Assembly: GCA_949878595.1 (NCBI GenBank) | Contig: CATLBG010000001.1 | Span: forward strand, 1 to 54,241 | DNA length: 54,241 nucleotides | Reading direction: 5' to 3' | DNA from: an uncultured Clostridia bacterium | GTDB taxonomy: Bacteria > Bacillota > Clostridia > Christensenellales > UBA1242 | Shown here: piece by piece, positions 48,012 to 54,241 of the stretch | Numbering within the stretch: position 1 is the stretch's first letter | Layout: every line of letters begins with the position of its first letter | Program-made: the position numbers and the translations under genes | Notes under the pieces: model-generated | What the model was told of the DNA's origin: nothing | What the model saw: the letters and a program-made list of their open reading frames with translations, nothing else | The model's database searches: none

Positions 48012-49752
48012 GATTAACTACTTTAATAAAATCAATCAGCTTTTAGGCAATAATAAAAAGACAGTTATCATATGTTTATTGTTAATTTCAATTTCTGCAG
48101 TTTTTTCACTTGCAGGCAGTGTTTTTTCTGCTTACTACGGAATCAATAAAGCACTTGTAAGCAAAGACATAAAATTGATAATTTTTGCAGCGGGAATAAT
48201 TGGAGTTTTAAGTTTAACTTCATTAATATTTTTCCACATAACCTACAGAAAATCGCTTAAATATACAAAGAAGCAGTCAGATGACCTAAGACAAAAAGTA
48301 TTTAAAAAAGCAATATATCTAGATGTAAATTATTTCACAACTCATTCAACTGGTGGAATGATTAATACAATTATTTATGATGTTGCAACTTTTTCTGAGG
48401 GTATGGCAGGTAATTTAGAAAATATTGTTAACCTTGGTGTAAAAATTATTTTATCGTTCATAATACTTACAATAATCAATCCAAAGCTTAGTATAGTTTT
48501 GTGGATTATGGCACCAGTTTTATTTATTTTTGCATTCTTTATTTATCGAAAAATTGGTAAGTTTTATAATAAAAGAAGAGCAATAACAAAGCAAAGACTA
48601 TCTCACATCAATGAAGGAATCATGGGTGTAAAGACAGTTAAATCTTTAAATATAGAAGACAAGCAACATGGCATATTCAAAAAATATAACAAAAAACACG
48701 TTGGCATAGGAATGAAAATTTCTGCCATTAATGAAATTTTTTGGAGGGTTTTTGATATTTTTACATATGTTGCGTTAGCAATATTGTTTCTTCAGTCTTA
48801 TGAGCTATCAATTAGTTATGGAGAACTATTTTTGTATTATCAATTATTCAAAACAACTCTTTATAGTGTTGCTCATCTTGCAATGGAATTTGATAAGTTT
48901 ACAGAGGTTGGAGTTTCTGCTGGAAAAATTTATAATTTACTTTCATATGAACCTTTAGTTAAAGATAAAGAAAATGCTATAGAGAAAACTGATAGACTCT
49001 CTGGAAATATTTCATTTAATGACGTAACATTCACTTATCCAAATGGTGAAACAGTTTTAAAAAATTTCAGTTTAAAAATTGAAGAAGGCAAAAAATTTGC
49101 TATTGTTGGTAAAACCGGCAGTGGAAAGTCAACCATTGCAAATTTGATTTATAGATATTATGAACCAAGTTCAGGAAAAATTTTGTTTGGAGATATTGAT
49201 TATACTGATTTAAAACTTGAATACATTCACAAAGAAATAGGTTTTATATTGCAAGAGCCAATGTTGTTTGATGATACAATTTTTGAAAATCTTAGATATG
49301 GCAAATTAGATGCCACAGAAGAAGAAGTTAAAATGGCAGCAAAACTTGTTGGTGCAGATGAGTTTATCAAAAAACTTGCTGATGGATACCACACAAAGAT
49401 TGGTGAAAGTGGAATATTGCTTTCAACCGGTCAAAAACAACAGCTTGCTTTTGCAAGAGTTGTGCTAAAAAATCCATCTATAATAATTTTAGATGAAGCA
49501 ACAGCAAACATAGATAGTGAAACAGAAAATATTATTCAAAAAAATATTGATAAGCTGTTTAAGGGAAAAACCTGTATATTTATTGCACACAGGCTTTCAA
49601 CAATTAAAAACTCAGATAAAATTGTTTATCTTGAAAATGGTGAAATAGTTGAGAGTGGAAGCCATGACGAATTACTTGCAAAAAAAGGCAAATATGCTGA
49701 CCTTTATAATAATCAGTTTGTTCAAGAAAAAATCAATAAAGAAATTAACTAA
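47998..49752 (+). CDS. ABC exporter, fused permease/ATPase (heterodimer subunit 2)
   Basis: Walker A GKTGSGKST, degenerate signature LSTGQKQQ, Walker B IIILDEAT. Overlaps the upstream gene by 14 nt. Confidence 0.9.
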   Translation: MKKNKINYFNKINQLLGNNKKTVIICLLLISISAVFSLAGSVFSAYYGINKALVSKDIKLIIFAAGIIGVLSLTSLIFFHITYRKSLKYTKKQSDDLRQKVFKKAIYLDVNYFTTHSTGGMINTIIYDVATFSEGMAGNLENIVNLGVKIILSFIILTIINPKLSIVLWIMAPVLFIFAFFIYRKIGKFYNKRRAITKQRLSHINEGIMGVKTVKSLNIEDKQHGIFKKYNKKHVGIGMKISAINEIFWRVFDIFTYVALAILFLQSYELSISYGELFLYYQLFKTTLYSVAHLAMEFDKFTEVGVSAGKIYNLLSYEPLVKDKENAIEKTDRLSGNISFNDVTFTYPNGETVLKNFSLKIEEGKKFAIVGKTGSGKSTIANLIYRYYEPSSGKILFGDIDYTDLKLEYIHKEIGFILQEPMLFDDTIFENLRYGKLDATEEEVKMAAKLVGADEFIKKLADGYHTKIGESGILLSTGQKQQLAFARVVLKNPSIIILDEATANIDSETENIIQKNIDKLFKGKTCIFIAHRLSTIKNSDKIVYLENGEIVESGSHDELLAKKGKYADLYNNQFVQEKINKEIN

Positions 49753-49754
49753 TA

Positions 49755-49782
49755 AAAAACCTAGGAAACTACCTAGGTTTTT
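49755..49782. terminator. Bidirectional terminator
   Basis: AAAAACCTAGG-AAACTA-CCTAGGTTTTT. Confidence 0.8.
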
Positions 49783-49795
49783 ATTTTTAATTCAA

Positions 49796-50242
49796 TTAGC
49801 AAAATGTTTGAGTAACATTTGCAATGCTTAGCCAAATGTGATTAACTCCAAAAATAATAGCAAAGACTATTAGTGGAATAGATGTTATCATAGCACCACA
49901 AAACAAGAATAATATTGTTGGAGTGATAGACAGCCAAAGTGTTTTTAACCTACTTGTTTTGTTAAAAAGTATAACCCAACCCAAACAATAAATTAGAAGT
50001 AAGATTCCACCAGCAATCAAATAAACAAATTTTCCACTATCAAACCAAAATCCAAAATAAGTATATGGAATGTTAAAGACCATAAAAATCATACAACCAA
50101 ATCTTCCAATTTGCTCAAAGATGATGATTGCTTTATTTTGAACTATATTTTCAAAACTGTTTTTATTAAAAATTGCATAGATTATGTTTGGAATTAAGAT
50201 TATTATTATTGCAATTAAGCCATATAAATTAAACCAAGACAT
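49796..50242 (-). CDS. Small polytopic membrane protein (148 aa)
   Basis: Four to five hydrophobic helices in an intact ORF. No recognisable family. Confidence 0.55.
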   Translation of the reverse strand: MSWFNLYGLIAIIIILIPNIIYAIFNKNSFENIVQNKAIIIFEQIGRFGCMIFMVFNIPYTYFGFWFDSGKFVYLIAGGILLLIYCLGWVILFNKTSRLKTLWLSITPTILFLFCGAMITSIPLIVFAIIFGVNHIWLSIANVTQTFC

Positions 50243-50262
50243 AAATATAACTCCAGTTAGAT

Positions 50263-51129
50263 TTATTTTTTATTATTTTCAATTTTTCTTTGGCATCTTG
50301 CAAAATATTTTTTGTATGAATTTTTGCAGTATCTTTTGTGTTTGTCTACTTCTTCTTTTTCAGGTTGTTTAAAACTATATGCACCATTAACTTTCCAACC
50401 TTCAAACAGAGCAATGTTTATTGCATTCTTAGGGCAGTGAAAAGAACATCTCATGCACATGAGGCAATTTTTTCCAAAGTGGAAGTTTCCATCTTCGTCA
50501 ATAGAAATATTCTTTACTGGACATTTAAGCACGCATGCTTTGCATTTAATGCAATCTTCGCTCACTTTATATTTTTTGCCATTTATTTTGCCATACCAAT
50601 GTTCAATTCTTAAAATCCAAGCCATAAATCTTCCAAAAGGAATATAGCTTAGTTTTGCAGGTTTGCGAGCCAAAATTTCTTCGCAGTCAATAGGAATAAC
50701 TTGTTTAGCCGCCTCCCACATTTTGTATGCCATGTTATCTGTGTGTCTAAAAATCATGTTATATGGCATAACGTAGTGATATTCATTGGTCAAAGCAAAA
50801 TTTCTTTTTTTGAGTATAGACTTTAATTTGCATGAAGAAATATTGTTAATTGCAAGTGGTTCACCTGAAGTTTTAAGAATAAAATAATTAATCTTTTTTT
50901 CTTGCTTTTTAATTTGTTTAGCAAAGCTTAAAACAATTGATGGTGCGTTGAATGCATGAATAGGGTAGGCAAAACCAACATAGTCCACACCATCAAGATT
51001 GAGTTCTGGGAGTCCGTCAATATTAACTAGGGTTGTTTCAATGCTTTTGCTATCTAAATATTTTTTGTATTCATCAACAACTTTTTTAGTGTTTCCTGTT
51101 CCTGAAAAAAAACAGATTATTGCTTTCAT
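50263..51129 (-). CDS. EFR1-type ferredoxin (flavodoxin-like N-domain fused to a 2x[4Fe-4S] domain)
   Basis: N-terminal IICFFSGTGNTKK (flavodoxin-like). CIKCKACVLKCP and CLMCMRCSFHCP are two CxxCxxCxxxCP clusters. Confidence 0.75.
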   Translation of the reverse strand: MKAIICFFSGTGNTKKVVDEYKKYLDSKSIETTLVNIDGLPELNLDGVDYVGFAYPIHAFNAPSIVLSFAKQIKKQEKKINYFILKTSGEPLAINNISSCKLKSILKKRNFALTNEYHYVMPYNMIFRHTDNMAYKMWEAAKQVIPIDCEEILARKPAKLSYIPFGRFMAWILRIEHWYGKINGKKYKVSEDCIKCKACVLKCPVKNISIDEDGNFHFGKNCLMCMRCSFHCPKNAINIALFEGWKVNGAYSFKQPEKEEVDKHKRYCKNSYKKYFARCQRKIENNKK

Positions 51130-52670
51130 AAATTCTTTATCCTTGCGTTAAATTTTTCGTCCATATAATAAAACTTGTCTTCATTTTTTGCATGAGAGTC
51201 ATACCAAAGCTCAGCATAAATTTTATCTTTTTTTGCTAAACGGTCAAAGTCCCAAGCATTTTCTTTATATGTAATGTTAAACCAGTGTCCAGCATAGAGA
51301 ACGGTGTAGGCTCTTGCAAAAAATCTTTCACCATCACTATTTTCCCATTCAAGCTTTTCATAGGGGTCACTAAACTTTTTAGATATAAGTTTTCCTCCAT
51401 GAGCTTTAGCAACTTCCTGCAAATCTTTAATTGTTAGCTTTTTGCTGTCTAGGTCAAAATAATGATTAATCATTTTTGCATTTTTGCGATCTTTTAGCTT
51501 TTCGAAATCAATCTTTTCTCCGTCTAAGGTTTTGTTTTCAACTAAAAGTCCAAAGTTATCCCATTTTTTTGCAATGGCATCATATTTTTCTTTACCACCA
51601 AAATATGCAAAAACTCTTGGTTCATCATTATGTTTAACCCAATATTTTGCAGCGTTTGGACTTTTAAATAATCTTTCAATTGCAAGCTTTTTAATTAGTT
51701 TTTTAGGAACAATTTTTCCTGCTTTCATAATTTTATTTTTCTTTTCAAAATCGCTCCAAAACTCTTTAACTGTTTGAGATTGGTAGTGAAAAATATCATC
51801 AAGCACCTTGCTGTCATAAAACCAAACACCATGAAAATTTCTTGTAGCGTTAAAGTTTGGCTCAAAAAAGTCTTTTGCACTTCCACCAATAATTTTAAAT
51901 CCATCATTTAGTGTGTCATAGCCAGTCACGCAGTTTTCGGCTCCACCGCCAAGGTTAAAACATTTTTTCCAAAAAACTTTGCTAAGGTCACGGCTCAAGT
52001 CTTCTCTTATAATGTTAGCCATCAAAACTCCAGAATCATGTGCAGTAGACCATTCTAGAGGAGAGTTGAAGCAAGTGTGAAACATAAGACCGTCGCTCAT
52101 GTTGTCTGAAAGCATATTGCTGTGAAGCATAGCGGTTTGCCTGATAACAGCAAAGTTTTTAATATCAGATTCAAGCACTCTAAATTCGCCTCTCATTTTT
52201 GCAGCAGAATAAACATCATATGGACTAACCAAAAGTGGGTCACCAACTCTTGCAAATGGGTGAATGTGATTTCTGTTTCCATAAAGTGCCAAAGTTGAGG
52301 TGTGAACAAATTTTGGTTGATTTTCTTTTATGTTTTCAATAACAGAAACCAAAGTATCAATTCCAACTTGATTGCATTCAATTGCCCATTCAGGGTGTTG
52401 GTCAGATAGTGGGGGAATAACAGCAGCCATGCCAAGAACATAACTTACGCCCTCAACAAGTTTCTCGCAAGCTTCTTTGTTTGCAAGGCTTCCAAAAATA
52501 ACATTAAATTTCTTTTTGTGAGTCTTTAATTTTTTGCATAATTTATTCCATCTCTTTTTGTCTGAAGGCAAAACAAGAAGATTAAATTTTTCAATTTCGT
52601 CAATTTTAACAAGCTCTTCAAGGGCAGCTTGTCCCATGTTTCCCGTAACTCCAGTAACAGCAATTTTCAT
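51126..52670 (-). CDS. NAD(P)-dependent epimerase/dehydratase-like (extended SDR) protein with a ~190-aa C-terminal domain of unknown function
   Basis: Rossmann motif MKIAVTGVTGNMGQA. ATG at 52670 lies 8 nt after AAGGAAG. Its stop overlaps the ferredoxin start (ATGA). Confidence 0.75.
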   Translation of the reverse strand: MKIAVTGVTGNMGQAALEELVKIDEIEKFNLLVLPSDKKRWNKLCKKLKTHKKKFNVIFGSLANKEACEKLVEGVSYVLGMAAVIPPLSDQHPEWAIECNQVGIDTLVSVIENIKENQPKFVHTSTLALYGNRNHIHPFARVGDPLLVSPYDVYSAAKMRGEFRVLESDIKNFAVIRQTAMLHSNMLSDNMSDGLMFHTCFNSPLEWSTAHDSGVLMANIIREDLSRDLSKVFWKKCFNLGGGAENCVTGYDTLNDGFKIIGGSAKDFFEPNFNATRNFHGVWFYDSKVLDDIFHYQSQTVKEFWSDFEKKNKIMKAGKIVPKKLIKKLAIERLFKSPNAAKYWVKHNDEPRVFAYFGGKEKYDAIAKKWDNFGLLVENKTLDGEKIDFEKLKDRKNAKMINHYFDLDSKKLTIKDLQEVAKAHGGKLISKKFSDPYEKLEWENSDGERFFARAYTVLYAGHWFNITYKENAWDFDRLAKKDKIYAELWYDSHAKNEDKFYYMDEKFNARIKNL

Positions 52671-52766
52671 TTGTAGACTTCCTTTAATAAAATTCACATA
52701 TTAATTATAAAATAATTTGATTTTCAATGCAAATTGATACTATCAAAATTACACAAAAATATAAAT

Positions 52767-52790
52767 AAAAGATAGCAAAAACTATCTTTT
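52767..52790 (-). terminator. Candidate terminator overlapping the stop of the DUF4832-like gene
   Basis: AAAAGATAG-(6 nt)-CTATCTTTT hairpin, T-rich on the minus strand. Confidence 0.45.
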
Positions 52791-54213
52791 ATTTTTGAAT
52801 ATTAATTTCACCAATTTTGTTTGCCTTTAATGTGCTATTCCAAATGTTTTTATTTGCAAACTGCAAATTATATTCAGTTAAGCCGTTAACTTCTTCGCCA
52901 TATAGACATAGATAAACTTCATATTTTCCATTATCTAAATTCAACTCAGTTGAATAATTAATATTTTGTTCGCCTGAAAAATTTTCAACTTGCTTACAAA
53001 ATTTAACTTCACCATTTTCATCTACAAATAATAGTTTTGCAAATTTGGTTTTGTTGAGATTTCCAAATCCAACATTTTTTAGAGTTAGCTTAACATTTAA
53101 TTTATCAAACTTTTTAGAATATTCAAAAACAGAATCTGTTAAAACAAATCTATAACCCATATGGTTCTCAATATAAGTGAAAGCAGTTTGTCCAAAATAA
53201 ATTTCATCATTTCCACAAGCATTGTTATAGTTAGAATTATCCCACTTATTTATTATTTCATTATGCCATTTTATATTTAGATAATTTAAATTTATTTGAA
53301 ACATTTCTGGTAAGCAGTTTTGAATATCATGTAGTTTGCTATTCGGAACAACAACTTCGCCGCCATAAGGCAAGTGGTCAGTTTGTTTGCACAAAAAAGA
53401 AATATCTTTCTCACGATCAGTATAAGTTTCAAGATCAGTTTCAGAACCTAAATAGCCATCGTTATAAATTCCAAGTCTGTAAGCTTTGCTGCTTTTATCA
53501 ATCTTATAGTTCTCAATATCACTAATGGTAATGCCTAGATAATCATAAATCATTTTAGGGGTTCTGACAAGAATGGGAAGGTTGTTGGTGCAAGATAAAT
53601 ATGTTTCAATAATTGGTGTAATATAGGTTTTATTTGCGATGCTGCTTGTATGCATTTCTCCCCATGGACCGATTAATCCTACTTCTACTGCAGTAATTGT
53701 TGTTTCATATTTATTCAAAATATTGCAGACTTGTTTAATGTGCTCATATATTATTTGTGGTTCTGGCTCTTTGTTTGAACTTCCTCCAAAACTTGGATCG
53801 TAGGCAAATCTAGCTATGGCATTTTTACCTTGCTGTTTTATATATGTAAAAAGTTCATCAAGTCCACTTAGCATACCTTCAGTTAAAAGAATATCAGAGA
53901 CACCATTAACAGCCTTAGAAAATTCACTAATATCTATTCTCAAATGATATAATTGAGTAGAGTTATCAATTATATTTTTATTAAAACTCACCCCATATTG
54001 AGAGGCTTTAACATAAATAGGTTGATAAAATCCTTGGTCTGGATTATTAATCTTTTCAATGCTCTCAGAATAGTCAACATTTTGTCTATATGACTCAAGG
54101 TTCGCAGCAGGGTCAGAACTCTTTTTTGGCAATATATAAATAAGAATTATTATTGAAGCAAATATGATAGCGAATATTACTGATATAAGAATAATCAATT
54201 TTTTATTTTTCAT
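52789..54213 (-). CDS. Membrane-anchored DUF4874/DUF4832-like (glycoside-hydrolase-like TIM barrel) protein
   Basis: N-terminal TM helix. GLIGPWGEMH resembles the GPWGEWH signature of DUF4832 proteins. I prefer the ATG at 54213 to the TTG at 54228, but the start is uncertain. Confidence 0.6.
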   Translation of the reverse strand: MKNKKLIILISVIFAIIFASIIILIYILPKKSSDPAANLESYRQNVDYSESIEKINNPDQGFYQPIYVKASQYGVSFNKNIIDNSTQLYHLRIDISEFSKAVNGVSDILLTEGMLSGLDELFTYIKQQGKNAIARFAYDPSFGGSSNKEPEPQIIYEHIKQVCNILNKYETTITAVEVGLIGPWGEMHTSSIANKTYITPIIETYLSCTNNLPILVRTPKMIYDYLGITISDIENYKIDKSSKAYRLGIYNDGYLGSETDLETYTDREKDISFLCKQTDHLPYGGEVVVPNSKLHDIQNCLPEMFQINLNYLNIKWHNEIINKWDNSNYNNACGNDEIYFGQTAFTYIENHMGYRFVLTDSVFEYSKKFDKLNVKLTLKNVGFGNLNKTKFAKLLFVDENGEVKFCKQVENFSGEQNINYSTELNLDNGKYEVYLCLYGEEVNGLTEYNLQFANKNIWNSTLKANKIGEINIQK

Positions 54214-54241
54214 ATAAAAATCAACCAACCTTTAAAAATTT

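Noticed and set aside
1-54241. Alternative genetic code or stop-codon reassignment, as an explanation for the in-frame TAG (23110) and TAA (43359)
   Set aside because: TAA, TAG and TGA all terminate well-supported genes in this window: TAG ends rpsF and tuf, TGA ends the HIT gene, and TAA ends most others. Standard code 11 fits.
1-54241. Search for CRISPR arrays, tRNA/rRNA genes, transposases, integrases and IS inverted repeats
   Set aside because: I recognised none by eye. The only multi-copy DNA element found is the 22.66-22.99 kb repeat array. A tRNAscan/Infernal run would be needed for a definitive answer.

Overview
AT-rich chromosomal segment from a low-GC, spore-forming Firmicutes/Clostridia-like bacterium; this is inferred from the gerA-type operon, Gram-positive GGAGG ribosome-binding sites, and gene content. 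Core informational genes are present and intact: rpsF-ssb-rpsR, dnaB, rpsL-rpsG-fusA-tuf and rpoB-rpoC. Their usual neighbours (rplI, rplJ/L, the S10 operon) are missing. Instead they are interleaved with accessory or ORFan blocks:
- A ParM-like actin ATPase with an acidic partner gene, directly upstream of a tricistronic germinant-receptor operon.
- A convergent P-type ATPase with a non-canonical TM4 motif.
- A 3.7-kb run of unrecognisable genes (14.4-18.1 kb) that starts with an orphan HicB-like operon; almost every unit has its own near-consensus sigma-A promoter.
- A 3-kb islet between tuf and rpoB. It has a tandem array of terminator-like structured repeats, two XRE regulators with palindromic operators, and a glycine-zipper membrane protein.
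- A tightly coupled four-gene operon (Fe-ADH, class-3 ALDH, YhhN lysoplasmalogenase, Pr6Pr/AIG1-like membrane protein). I read this as a plasmalogen / fatty-aldehyde turnover module. It is the most coherent candidate for an undescribed system in the window.
- A 1531-aa doubly membrane-anchored M60-like zinc peptidase with a long Lys-rich tail.
- A mixed minus-strand operon ending in a P-loop gene that carries one in-frame stop.
- A heterodimeric ABC exporter.
- A translationally coupled NAD-epimerase-like gene and EFR1-type ferredoxin, plus a DUF4832-like protein.

I recognised no rRNA, tRNA, CRISPR array, transposase or integrase by eye. All functional calls come from motif recognition in the supplied translations; no database search was run.
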